Positions 29,167 to 39,096 of a DNA stretch of 64,000 nucleotides are shown here, in pieces. Below the pieces are notes generated by a model. That model was not told the DNA's origin and ran no database searches. It worked only from the letters and a program-made list of their open reading frames with translations. Both the position numbers and the translations under genes were made by a program. The stretch is taken from the NCBI GenBank assembly GCA_031430855.1, contig JANPCG010000012.1, positions 496-64,495 of the forward strand, in the 5' to 3' direction. The DNA comes from Candidatus Kaiserbacteria bacterium. Lineage in GTDB: Bacteria; Patescibacteriota; Minisyncoccia; Phycocordibacterales; UBA918. Every line of letters starts with the position of its first letter. The first letter of the stretch is position 1.

Positions 29167-32100
29167 AATTATGCTCTGCTAGGAGCAGGGCGGTTTCAAT
29201 AACAACCTTGATCTGGTCGTTATCAATATCAATACCTTTCTCTCCCTTCACGATGTCATACAGATAGTCGTCAATACTATTTCGCATCTTGCGCTTCACG
29301 TCCGCATTTTTATACCAGTCGACGATTGCCTCGTTCTTGATGATGGTGAATATGTCGAGAATAGTAGCGATATAGACTTCCTCGCTGAGGTTCAGGTTAT
29401 CAAGTTCGACTCGAAGATTACGGTAGAACACATCTGAACCCTTTTGCGATTCAATCTGTTCTGGAAGGCTTTCATCTTTCTTGTTCACCACGTCGTCACT
29501 AATGAGTTTCATTTGCTTCAACGCTTCAACATCAGCGAGTTTGCCTTGACGCATCTTCTCAAGAATCTCTGAAATCTTCTTAGAAAACTTCTCGTAGAAT
29601 TCAGGATCACTATCCATTTTCTCTGAAATGGTTCTTTCAGTTTGTGCCGCGATTGCCTCAGCTTTTGACTTGTCAGAACCAAGGTTAGCCACCGCTTCCT
29701 CAAACTGCTTTCTGTCGGTAATGTTTACCTGCTTTGTGAGCAACTCAACGCCACGAGCATCAACATATTTATCAAGGATATTAATGAGTGATTGTTTGTA
29801 CTCAAGTAGATCAACACGGTCGGCATACTTTAGACTCGCAGACTTACGAAGTTCCAAGAACTTCTTGAGTTCACGCTTGTAGAGGTCGAGGTGATCGAAT
29901 TCATGAACGAAGTCTTGTAGCACAAAACACTCGTTCAGGTTTTTAATGAATGCATTAAGAGTCTTGTAGAACGTCTCACGTTTTGGTTGGTCAGATAGGA
30001 ATTGGAGATAGACTTCATCATCGGTTGATCCTTTGATTTCATTAAATAAATCATGGACGGTTCCATAACTCTGTTCTAGGTCTTGTATCTTCTCAGACAC
30101 ATCAATCAGAGTGCCTTTAACATCAGTCTCATCATAGTTACCGAAAAGCTTCATCGCTGTGTCGATGTTCTTAGCATTCTCGGAATAGTCCATGATGTAT
30201 CCGGCAGTCTTAGGCTTTTCCTTCTTGTTCTCAAACAAACGGTTTACACGCGCAATAGCCTGAAGCAAGTTGTGATCTTTTAGATCCTTGGCGAGATAGA
30301 GTACGGTGTTGCGTGGTGCATCAAAACCAGTGAGTAGTTTGTCGCACACAATAATGACCTCGATGCCATCGTCGTTATACTTAAAACTCCCGACGACATC
30401 CTTTTCGTATTTATCGACGCTACTGTGATTCTTACGAACTCCTTCTAGGTATCCGACTACTTCTTTCTTGTGGAGATTCTCCTCGTCTCCGTCTTCATGT
30501 TCATCAGAAATAATAACCGCCGTACGAATATTTCCCCGAGTCTCAAAGAACTTCTGGAAAAGGATGGCTGAGTATTTCGATGGAGCAACAATCTGAGCCT
30601 TGAGTCCGGTGTACTGGAAGTTCCTAATAAAGTGCGTTTCTATATCGTACGCAATTTCGACAATACGCTGAGGATTGTCTTTAATTATCTTACTTCCAAT
30701 GTATCGTTGTAGCTCTTTCTTCTGCTTCTCATTAAGTCCTTCGGTGATACGTTCAACATGGCGGTCTATTTGTTCCGCATTCTGAATGAGGTCTACATAC
30801 CGACCCTCATAGATAAGAGGGAGAATGATGTTATCAGCGAGAGCGTCATCAATGGTGTACTTATCGATGTAATCACCGAACTTCTTCCAACTCTCTCGGT
30901 CTTTCTTCATGAGTGGCGTACCAGTAAATCCGATGTAACAGGCATTTGGAATGATTCGATTCATCTCAAAGTTCGCCATACCGTTCTGACTTCGGTGTGC
31001 CTCATCAATAAGCACAAAGATATTTTTATCGTCGTCAACAAATCCCGTGCTCTTTTTTGCCGCAGATTCAAACTTCTGGACAAGCGTAGTTACTACCGAT
31101 AGATCCTTCTCTTTAATGAGGTCAATCAAGTGCTGACCACTGGTAGCCTGAACAACCTCTTTCTTGAGGTTACAGTTCTTAAACGTATCTTTGATCTGTT
31201 TATCCAAGTCACGACGGTCTGTCACAATAATGACTCGTGGATTGAGAATATGAGGATCCTCAATAAGAGCCTTCACAAACATCACCATAGTCAGTGACTT
31301 ACCTGATCCTTGGGTATGCCAGACGAGCCCACCTTTTCGGCGAGTGATCTCGTGGTCAGTTACTTCTTCCTCTTCCACTCGCTTCAACATCTTATGGATA
31401 GCAAAATACTGCTGGTAGCGTGAGAGCTTCTTTACTCCTGCGTCAAAGAGAATGTAATTTTTGGTCAAATCCAAAAGGCGTTTCGGCTCAAAGAGTGAAA
31501 ACACCCCTCGGTCTTGTTCTGTAGGGAGGCGGTCGGTTCTTTGTTTGTGACCATCCGTATAGCCGTTGAGGTCTTGTAGTACCTGAGCGTACACATCAGC
31601 ATCAATAGGCTTCTGAATCAGAGCGGTTACTTGTTCGTTAAATGTTTCTAGATCTGTGCCTTTTTCTTTCCATACCGCATAGAATTTGTTCGGTGTGCCA
31701 GTTGTTCCGTACTGTAGTTCCTTGCCGTTGGTAGCCACAAGGAGCTGGGTGTATGTGTACAGATTAGGGCAAAACTCAGAACTTTGGTTACGGTTCATTT
31801 GGTTAATCGCTTCACTTACCGCAACGCTCGACTTCTTGTTTTCAATGACTGCAAAAGGTAGCCCGTTAACGAACACCACGATATCTGGTCGTATGTTCTG
31901 CTTACCACTACAAGCATATTCAACAGATACGTGAAAAGCGTTATTGGCAATGTTTTCAAAATCTATGAACCGAAAGTTCTTTGATACTTTTTTACCGCCA
32001 TTATTAACCTTAATGGTCTTACCACCACTCGTCGGCATGATGGTGTTGTATATCTTCTGAGCAGTATCTATGAGTCCTTCGTATTGGATATGCTCAAGTT

Positions 32101-32341
32101 CATCAATAGCGTCACGTACATCTTTCTCACTGAATTTATAATCAGTACCATCGACCTCGTATCCATTGATCTCCATCAGTTTCTCTGTAGCAATATCAGC
32201 CAAGATGAAGTTTGAAGTATTGCCACGTTGCTTCAAAGCCTCCTCAACAGAAACATAGGTGTAGCCCGTATTCAGAAGAAGCTCCACAAATGGAAGTTGC
32301 GATTGTCGTGCCTCGTCAAAATTTACTTTATCTAATGTCAT
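29150..32341 (-). CDS. hsdR: Type I restriction enzyme R subunit
   Basis: 1063 aa; helicase motif I HTQGSGKSLT and DEAH (VLIDEAHRSQ). Confidence 0.9.
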   Translation of the reverse strand: MTLDKVNFDEARQSQLPFVELLLNTGYTYVSVEEALKQRGNTSNFILADIATEKLMEINGYEVDGTDYKFSEKDVRDAIDELEHIQYEGLIDTAQKIYNTIMPTSGGKTIKVNNGGKKVSKNFRFIDFENIANNAFHVSVEYACSGKQNIRPDIVVFVNGLPFAVIENKKSSVAVSEAINQMNRNQSSEFCPNLYTYTQLLVATNGKELQYGTTGTPNKFYAVWKEKGTDLETFNEQVTALIQKPIDADVYAQVLQDLNGYTDGHKQRTDRLPTEQDRGVFSLFEPKRLLDLTKNYILFDAGVKKLSRYQQYFAIHKMLKRVEEEEVTDHEITRRKGGLVWHTQGSGKSLTMVMFVKALIEDPHILNPRVIIVTDRRDLDKQIKDTFKNCNLKKEVVQATSGQHLIDLIKEKDLSVVTTLVQKFESAAKKSTGFVDDDKNIFVLIDEAHRSQNGMANFEMNRIIPNACYIGFTGTPLMKKDRESWKKFGDYIDKYTIDDALADNIILPLIYEGRYVDLIQNAEQIDRHVERITEGLNEKQKKELQRYIGSKIIKDNPQRIVEIAYDIETHFIRNFQYTGLKAQIVAPSKYSAILFQKFFETRGNIRTAVIISDEHEDGDEENLHKKEVVGYLEGVRKNHSSVDKYEKDVVGSFKYNDDGIEVIIVCDKLLTGFDAPRNTVLYLAKDLKDHNLLQAIARVNRLFENKKEKPKTAGYIMDYSENAKNIDTAMKLFGNYDETDVKGTLIDVSEKIQDLEQSYGTVHDLFNEIKGSTDDEVYLQFLSDQPKRETFYKTLNAFIKNLNECFVLQDFVHEFDHLDLYKRELKKFLELRKSASLKYADRVDLLEYKQSLINILDKYVDARGVELLTKQVNITDRKQFEEAVANLGSDKSKAEAIAAQTERTISEKMDSDPEFYEKFSKKISEILEKMRQGKLADVEALKQMKLISDDVVNKKDESLPEQIESQKGSDVFYRNLRVELDNLNLSEEVYIATILDIFTIIKNEAIVDWYKNADVKRKMRNSIDDYLYDIVKGEKGIDIDNDQIKVVIETALLLAEHNFDLFL

Positions 32342-32345
32342 ATGT

Positions 32346-33623
32346 TTATGAGGTTATTTTGGCTGATAATGTTTCAGGTGTTCGGATGGTCCCAGTGATT
32401 AGGTTGTTGAGGAGATATCTTTTCTGTTCTTTGATGATGGACAGTTTCTTTTCCAGCTCGGTTATTTCTTTATCTGCGGTTATTAATATTTTTACAATGG
32501 CTTCTTGTTCTTCAATAGGAGGGAGTTTTAATTCAAACTTTGCCATATCCGATCCATACAGGTGAAAGACTGTGGTGCCTGAAACAAGTTTGATGACGTC
32601 TTTTTTATTTAGATTAACTAGGTAACAAAAGAAGAGTCCATTCAAACTACCATTGGATCTTATGATTAAGATATCTCCTCCTAAAATGATCCCATCTTTA
32701 TCTAGATAACTTGCTGTAGACAAACCTCGGGGAGTAACATCGGAAGTTGGCATGAGGATATCGTTTACTTTCGAAAGAACCATACCTTTATTGTAGTTTG
32801 TTTTGCTTATGATGTTCTCTATATACTCAGCGTACTTAGTAAATAGCTCTCCATAATGTATGGCTTCGTATTTTCCTTCAGAATCTAGGTCGTTCTTAGG
32901 CAAACCTTTACCTTTTTTAAATGACGCAATTTCTCCAAGTTTTACAGACTTCCACTTCTCACCAAATCCAGTTAATCGTCTTTTACCAGTTAGTAAATCC
33001 TGCATCAGACTTTTCTTGATCTGCTTTTTTACTTCAATTTTTCGCGTAAGCCTTTTAATTATCTGGTCCCAAGTTTCTATAACAGAGATAATACGACTTT
33101 GTTCTAGTAGGGGTGGGAGAGCAAGTTTGAATTTTTTAATCAACGGAATCGTCAATTGTGGCTGGGCACTGCCGAATGATACTCGCTTGAGCTCTCTTAA
33201 GAAATGAGACGAAATAAAATATTTATAGAGGAAGGCAGTCTCTAAATCAGTATCTACAGTTTTGTTTCTTAGTATTGCCATCCCAGAGTTAATCCTTACA
33301 TCAGCAAAAGGAACGTTCTCAGAATATGAAGCCACACTACCGATTGTGCCTCTGGTTGTAATCACAAGATCACCTCTTTCGAGCCTTCCTTTATTCATTG
33401 ATGAGTCCTTTGCTTTTGAAATAAATTGATTCTCACTAAAATTAAAACCTTGTTTTGTAACATTTGTGGCAGTAAGAAAAAGACAAAAACCATCAGTTGA
33501 AAAATCATCCTGATGCGGGTAGTTTTTACCCCTATCGCCGTCAATAACTTTTACCCCAACTTCCTGCAAAGTTAAATTTCTCCATCCTTGGGGTATATTT
33601 TTTTGTGATTGGTTAGTTTTCAT
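32346..33623 (-). CDS. hsdS: Type I restriction-modification specificity subunit
   Basis: Two TRDs separated by conserved LALPPLLEQ / LKLPPIEEQ coiled-coil spacers. Confidence 0.85.
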   Translation of the reverse strand: MKTNQSQKNIPQGWRNLTLQEVGVKVIDGDRGKNYPHQDDFSTDGFCLFLTATNVTKQGFNFSENQFISKAKDSSMNKGRLERGDLVITTRGTIGSVASYSENVPFADVRINSGMAILRNKTVDTDLETAFLYKYFISSHFLRELKRVSFGSAQPQLTIPLIKKFKLALPPLLEQSRIISVIETWDQIIKRLTRKIEVKKQIKKSLMQDLLTGKRRLTGFGEKWKSVKLGEIASFKKGKGLPKNDLDSEGKYEAIHYGELFTKYAEYIENIISKTNYNKGMVLSKVNDILMPTSDVTPRGLSTASYLDKDGIILGGDILIIRSNGSLNGLFFCYLVNLNKKDVIKLVSGTTVFHLYGSDMAKFELKLPPIEEQEAIVKILITADKEITELEKKLSIIKEQKRYLLNNLITGTIRTPETLSAKITS

Positions 33624-33625
33624 AA

Positions 33626-34936
33626 TTAACTCCCATTTAAAACCACATCTTGCCTAGCCTTAGCAACACAAATGTTATTCTTTATGGCATAGCACTCAAC
33701 ATAATGATTGCCAGAATATTTTGTATCCTCTATTTCATTTTTAGTTCGATTATCAGTTATTTCTCCTCTTGGCTGATCACAAGAACTATCGTTCTTAACT
33801 TTCCATTTAAAGATATTTACATCTGGAGAGTTTCCCGATATTAAGAATTTAATCTTCCTGTCTACGCTAATTAGCCCAATTTTATCTAGAATAAATTCTC
33901 TAAAACCACCCCTGCGCACTTGGACTTCTCCGCAGATCTTAAAATTGTATTGTTCTTCAAGTAAAGTTTTAATATTTTCGTCAAATATAAATTTCTCAGA
34001 CGGCGATCTCTTGTAAAAAGAAATATCTACTAGATTATCTGTAGAGTCTGAATCTCTCAGGTTTTCAAGTTTTATTAAAAAACCATCTCGAGCACAGAGT
34101 ATCTTTTCTTTCTGATCGGGTGTGAGTTTCGCTAGGTAATCATCAATAAATTTCGCACTATTTGCTCTATCTTGAATTTGATTAGGGGTATTAACAACGT
34201 TTGGTAAGTTTATAAAAAATGTAAAAATGGCATCAAAAATTTCAATGTTTGGATTTTGTTTAAATATTTTTGTAATTACTTGCTCAAGGTGAAAAGACTT
34301 GAGTTTCAAGTTTTGATCTTTATCGCATAGATTATTTTTCCATCTTTTAACAAACTTCACTGTCTTTCTAAAATCACTATTTATACCAACCTCAGTAGCA
34401 ACTTTAATGTATCCTCTAGGATCAGAGTTAATCCAAGCGTTTGTATCAGAAGCATTCCAAGTCAAAGTATTACGTTTGTTGTGGTTTCTCTCTTTAATCA
34501 CTTCCGGAACCTTATATGTATCCTGATTGAACTCATTTTTTCCGTATGAATAAGCAGGAACAATATCAACTGATAAAATCATGTCAGTGTTTTGCCAAAA
34601 CTCTACAGTAACTGAGTGTGTCTGTAGAGAAACCTTCTTCATGTAGCTTGTCGGATTTCTATAGCTACCACTTATTTCATTAAATAATTTTTGAAGTGTT
34701 GCTGAAGGTGAGTGATCATTTTCATCCCAAGAACCAAGAATATATAGAATATCCAGATCATGAATAGGTGTTATTGCTGTGAAGCGAGGATATGATCCTA
34801 TTTGAATACAGTTATTTACACCAAATAGGTCATTAAAAGACTGGTAGACTTTACCTATCAAATCTTGCTCGGTAGGTTTAGGTGAGAGTGTCTTCGCATA
34901 CTCTCGCAATTTTGAGTTGAATTTATCTTTTGTCAT
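33626..34936 (-). CDS. cGAS/DncV-like nucleotidyltransferase (CD-NTase/SMODS-type Pol-beta NTase)
   Basis: IGSYPRFTAITPIHDLDILYIL (GS-x11-DxD) and a third acidic motif SVDIVPA 52 aa later; 436 aa with a long helical C-terminus; coupled between hsdS and the 2-TM gene. Confidence 0.55.
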   Translation of the reverse strand: MTKDKFNSKLREYAKTLSPKPTEQDLIGKVYQSFNDLFGVNNCIQIGSYPRFTAITPIHDLDILYILGSWDENDHSPSATLQKLFNEISGSYRNPTSYMKKVSLQTHSVTVEFWQNTDMILSVDIVPAYSYGKNEFNQDTYKVPEVIKERNHNKRNTLTWNASDTNAWINSDPRGYIKVATEVGINSDFRKTVKFVKRWKNNLCDKDQNLKLKSFHLEQVITKIFKQNPNIEIFDAIFTFFINLPNVVNTPNQIQDRANSAKFIDDYLAKLTPDQKEKILCARDGFLIKLENLRDSDSTDNLVDISFYKRSPSEKFIFDENIKTLLEEQYNFKICGEVQVRRGGFREFILDKIGLISVDRKIKFLISGNSPDVNIFKWKVKNDSSCDQPRGEITDNRTKNEIEDTKYSGNHYVECYAIKNNICVAKARQDVVLNGS

Positions 34937-35468
34937 AACTTGTGCTCAGTAGAGTTGTCACTATGTCATTAATAAGACGACCTCGCATATTAACAATAGT
35001 AGTAAATTGCTGATTGTTTATTGCCTTCATCATTTCTGGAGAAATCACAATTGATGGGGGTGTGAACTCAGGAAAGTAAAAAATAAAACCCGCATTTGAT
35101 TTCTTGTTTGAAAGAATAGTTTTTATCTGGTCTTCAGTAAAAGACTGATAGTGTACTAACGCCAATGTAGTTTCTTTTACTTTTGACAGTGTGTCCGGTT
35201 TGATTTGGTAGATATTTTTTTCTCTAAAAACACCCGTGTCAACTAAATCTGTCTTTAACGATGAAAACATATCGTCATTAGCCACTATCGCAATTTTTCT
35301 ACTCCAACGACCAAACCCTAACCTTAAAAAGAGTGGATATACACCAAGAGTCCAACTCGTTATCGCCCAGATGAAAAGACATATAGCAAAGATCGTTGTT
35401 AGCGCTCCGACAATATTTACAAATATAGTTAAGAAATTTAGTAGAGTCATATATTTATTTAATTCCAA
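34923..35468 (-). CDS. 2-TM membrane protein with C-terminal alpha/beta domain, candidate effector partner of the NTase
   Basis: Two N-terminal TM helices (residues about 8-52) then an about 125-aa soluble domain; overlaps hsdM stop and NTase start by 14 nt each. Confidence 0.45.
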   Translation of the reverse strand: MELNKYMTLLNFLTIFVNIVGALTTIFAICLFIWAITSWTLGVYPLFLRLGFGRWSRKIAIVANDDMFSSLKTDLVDTGVFREKNIYQIKPDTLSKVKETTLALVHYQSFTEDQIKTILSNKKSNAGFIFYFPEFTPPSIVISPEMMKAINNQQFTTIVNMRGRLINDIVTTLLSTSYDKR

Positions 35469-36963
35469 GTTCTTTTAGATAAACAGCCATTTGTTTTTCA
35501 AGCTTCTGTAGCTCTGGTTCAAGTTCTGCAAGTTCTTTCAGGTTCGCAGTAATATCTACAGGGGCTTCTTCGGTGAAAGTATCTACGTAACGAGTGATGT
35601 TGAGGTTGAAATCGTTCTCCTCAATCTCTTTAAGACTCACTTTGCGAGCAAACTTTGCTACATCTTTACGAGTCTTGTAGGTAGAGTAAATCTTCTCGAT
35701 GTTTTCATCGGTCAGAATGTTCTGAGCCTTATTTGCCTTGAACTCCTTAGATGCTTCGATAAAGAAGACATCTTTCTTGCTTTCATTCTCTCCGCCTTTT
35801 TCTCGCGAACGGTCTAAGACGAGAATTGCTACTGGAATACCTGTGGTCTGGAATAGTCCGGCTGGGAGCCCAATAACTGCTTCGACGACGTTTTCCTTTA
35901 GAAGTTGTTCACGGATTTTACCCTCGGCTCCACCTCGAAAGAGAACACCATGAGGAACAATAACGGCAATGCGCCCTGTCTTTGGTTTTGCTGTTTCCAC
36001 CATGTGCGTGATAAAGGCAAAGTCACCTTTATCCTTCGGTGGAGTACCACGCCAGAAGCGCTTGTACTTGTCTGCATCCGCATGTTCCGCACCCCATTTC
36101 TTGAGAGAGAATGGTGGGTTCGATACTACCGTGTCGAACTTCATTAGACGATCGTCTTCAACGAGAAGTGGATTGTTGAGTGTGTCACCCCATTCCAGAC
36201 GAGCAGAATCCTTTCCGTGGAGGAACATATTCATGCGAGCAAGTTGATAGGTTGAACCTGTTGATTCCTGACCATACAGAGCGTAGTTTTTAGAGCCTTG
36301 TTTCTCTACTTCTTCACCAGCAAGGAGGAGGAGACCACCCGATCCGGCACAAGGGTCACAGATACGTGCGCCAGGCTTTGGTTCGGCAAGCCGTGCTACG
36401 AGATGAGCTACATTGCGAACGGTAAAAAATTCACCAGCTTTTTTACCTGCGTCTGCACCAAACTTCTCAATCAGGTACATGTAAGAGTTACCGATGATAT
36501 CGTCATTTACTCCTGTGAGATCAATCTTTGCAAAATCTTGTACGAGGTTGCGGAGCATCTTGTTACGCTCAGCAAGTTTGCCGAGGTTTGCTTCTGAGTT
36601 GAAGTCTACAGAAAATACACCATCAAGCTTTTCCTTGTTATGGTCTTCAATACGATGGAGTGCCTTGTTTATTTCTTCACCAAGGTTGTCTTGTTCGATG
36701 ATTGAGTAAATGTAATCAAACGATGACTTCGGAGGGAGGTAGAAGCGATCCAGCTTCATTTTTTCCTCGATACGCTTTTCGTCGCCAGCGAACCGCTTTT
36801 TGTATTCGTCGTGTGCTGTCTTTGATTTATCACTAAGATACTTCAAGAAAAGCATCGGAAGTACGTAGTTCATGTAGTCCGCCGCATTGAGCTGACTGCG
36901 TGAAGAGTTTGCCGAATCCCAAAGGGTCTTATTGAGGTCTTCCTGAGTGTATTTCTTAGTCAT
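35455..36963 (-). CDS. hsdM: Type I R-M N6-adenine DNA methyltransferase subunit
   Basis: Motif I DPCAGSGGLL and motif IV NPPF. Confidence 0.9.
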   Translation of the reverse strand: MTKKYTQEDLNKTLWDSANSSRSQLNAADYMNYVLPMLFLKYLSDKSKTAHDEYKKRFAGDEKRIEEKMKLDRFYLPPKSSFDYIYSIIEQDNLGEEINKALHRIEDHNKEKLDGVFSVDFNSEANLGKLAERNKMLRNLVQDFAKIDLTGVNDDIIGNSYMYLIEKFGADAGKKAGEFFTVRNVAHLVARLAEPKPGARICDPCAGSGGLLLLAGEEVEKQGSKNYALYGQESTGSTYQLARMNMFLHGKDSARLEWGDTLNNPLLVEDDRLMKFDTVVSNPPFSLKKWGAEHADADKYKRFWRGTPPKDKGDFAFITHMVETAKPKTGRIAVIVPHGVLFRGGAEGKIREQLLKENVVEAVIGLPAGLFQTTGIPVAILVLDRSREKGGENESKKDVFFIEASKEFKANKAQNILTDENIEKIYSTYKTRKDVAKFARKVSLKEIEENDFNLNITRYVDTFTEEAPVDITANLKELAELEPELQKLEKQMAVYLKELGIK

Positions 36964-36964
36964 A

Positions 36965-37567
36965 TTATTGGTTAATTAAATTAAAGCTGGCGTTGATAAT
37001 GGTTTTTTGGATCTCTTGCTTTCGTTTGTGTATTCGTTCTTGGTCGGTGATGTTTTCCTGAAGGGCTATGATCGACTTCTGTGTATGTACTGGCGGTAGG
37101 GGTATTTCAAAGTCGTTGAGGTTTTTTACGAGGATGCTCTGTATGTATGAGGCACCTGTAACTATTTGCGATAGTGCCTTTTGTCCGTCTGTTGAATTGA
37201 GATAAAGACAGACATACTTAGGTAGCGCAGTGACGTCTTTGATTCGAATGACATGAACCGATGATGATGGCATCACACGCATCTCATTTGAGGCAAAGAC
37301 AGCAGAGCGAAACGAACCAGCTCCTGAGCCTCTTGAAACAAGCAAAATATCGTTATACTGCAAAAAGTAGGGGGTTCTGAGTGATTTACCTGAAAACAGG
37401 GTCAGATCGCCCGTTTCAACCACTTCTTGATTCGGAGAGATATTCTTGGCTTGGAGCACGAAGATGTCGCCTTTAGGGTCATTTTCAATCGGTCCACGGA
37501 ACGTGTACCCAGAAGATATGTCTGCTATTTGGCTCAATTCCTTGTGCATGTATGGAGTGTACTGCAC
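36965..37567 (-). CDS. Half-size HsdS-like specificity protein (single TRD)
   Basis: 200 aa with one TRD plus conserved IPLPPVHTQKSIIALQ spacer; 1 nt upstream of hsdM. Confidence 0.6.
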   Translation of the reverse strand: MQYTPYMHKELSQIADISSGYTFRGPIENDPKGDIFVLQAKNISPNQEVVETGDLTLFSGKSLRTPYFLQYNDILLVSRGSGAGSFRSAVFASNEMRVMPSSSVHVIRIKDVTALPKYVCLYLNSTDGQKALSQIVTGASYIQSILVKNLNDFEIPLPPVHTQKSIIALQENITDQERIHKRKQEIQKTIINASFNLINQ

Positions 37568-37657
37568 TTATTGTAAAAAAGCAAATTCTGGTCAATTTGG
37601 CAACCTACATGAGTCGCACTGGACTCTTTAGGCGTTCGGCGTCATTGATGTGTTTGT

Positions 37658-38986
37658 ATGAATCAAGCAATATCAATGCCATACGGCACCAAAATACAGG
37701 AGGTAGTACCCGTAAAGGTGAAATACTGCCTTTACGCAAGAAAATCAACGGAATCAGAAGAACGCCAAGTTCTCTCTATAGATAGCCAGATTAAGGAGAT
37801 GCTCCAGCTGGCAGACCGAGAGTGCTTGGAGGTGGTGACAATGAAGCGAGAAAGTCACTCCGCGAAGGAGACTGGGCAACGACCAGTCTTTAACGAAATA
37901 GTCGAAGAGATAGGAGAAGGTAAATACAATGGAATTCTGACATGGGCACCAGACCGTATCAGCAGAAATGCCGGCGACCTTGGGAGAATTGTAGACTTAA
38001 TGGACTCAGGCAAGCTCGAAGAAATACGCACCTTCGGGCAGAAGTTCGGCAATAATCCAAACGAGAAGTTCCTGCTGATGATTTTGGGATCACAGGCAAA
38101 ACTCGAGAATGACAACCGCGGTATCAATGTGAAGCGAGGTTTGAGAACAAGAGCTGAGATGGGACTATGGTCGGGACAAGCTCCCTTAGGTTATCTAACC
38201 CAAGGGCTAATGGATAAGAAATGCCAGCTGATTATTGACCCACTCCGAGCATCAGCAGTGAAGCAGATGTTTGAAAAAGTAGCCTACGAACAATGGTCAG
38301 GACGCAAGGTATACAACTGGCTCCGCTTCGAGCTCAACTTCTATACAAGAGGAAATAAACCTCTCACCCTCGGAGGTGTGTACCGCATCCTAGAAAACCC
38401 TTTCTACTACGGCGTCTTCGAGCGACCACGTAAAAGTGGAAACTGGTATCAAGGTAAACATACGCCACTCATCACACAGGAGTTATTCGAGAAATCAAAA
38501 GCCCAGCTCAAGCGTGATCAGATAGTGCGTGAGACTAAAGAATTTGCCTTCACGAAACTTTTCACCTGCGGATACTGTGGATCAGGTATATCAGCTGAAG
38601 AGAAATGGAAACAACTCAAGGATGGTGGAGCAAATAGATACATATACTACTCCTGCTCACGAGCGCGAGACCGCAACTGCAAGAACATGTATATCCGCGA
38701 AGAAGATTTAATACTAGAACTCCTGAAGATATTGGATAAGGTAAATATCAATGAGCTTGGTATGAGGCAGAAGCTTGAGGATGAAATTGCACGGTTCAAT
38801 ATTTTCCAACGGTCGGTACTTGGAGCCAAAGAAAAGATAAAAACAGATGCAGATACTGATATACGAAACTACGCAAAGTACATACTGAAAGAAGGTACGA
38901 CGATTGAGAAACGTGAACTACTGGCGAACTTACGATCACGGATAATGTACAAAGATAAAACGCTCACCTTGATAGATGAGCGTTAA
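37658..38986 (+). CDS. Large serine recombinase (integrase/resolvase family)
   Basis: Catalytic YARKSTESEE..SIDSQ N-terminal domain, recombinase domain and C-terminal zinc ribbon (CGYCG..CSRARDRNC); likely start at MPYGTK (37676). Confidence 0.85.
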   Translation: MNQAISMPYGTKIQEVVPVKVKYCLYARKSTESEERQVLSIDSQIKEMLQLADRECLEVVTMKRESHSAKETGQRPVFNEIVEEIGEGKYNGILTWAPDRISRNAGDLGRIVDLMDSGKLEEIRTFGQKFGNNPNEKFLLMILGSQAKLENDNRGINVKRGLRTRAEMGLWSGQAPLGYLTQGLMDKKCQLIIDPLRASAVKQMFEKVAYEQWSGRKVYNWLRFELNFYTRGNKPLTLGGVYRILENPFYYGVFERPRKSGNWYQGKHTPLITQELFEKSKAQLKRDQIVRETKEFAFTKLFTCGYCGSGISAEEKWKQLKDGGANRYIYYSCSRARDRNCKNMYIREEDLILELLKILDKVNINELGMRQKLEDEIARFNIFQRSVLGAKEKIKTDADTDIRNYAKYILKEGTTIEKRELLANLRSRIMYKDKTLTLIDER

Positions 38987-39096
38987 ATCATAAAAGTTCG
39001 GTATCTCACGTACCTCAAGCTAAGTGGGTCAAAAGACTCGCTTAATTTTTTGGCTTGAAATAAGGGTACTCGGGTCACACCGATACTTAGTTCTAT

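Noticed and set aside
36965-38986. hsdS shufflon (invertible specificity cassettes driven by the adjacent recombinase)
   Set aside because: Both S genes are co-oriented and I found no inverted TRD-flanking repeats; left as a low-weight possibility only.
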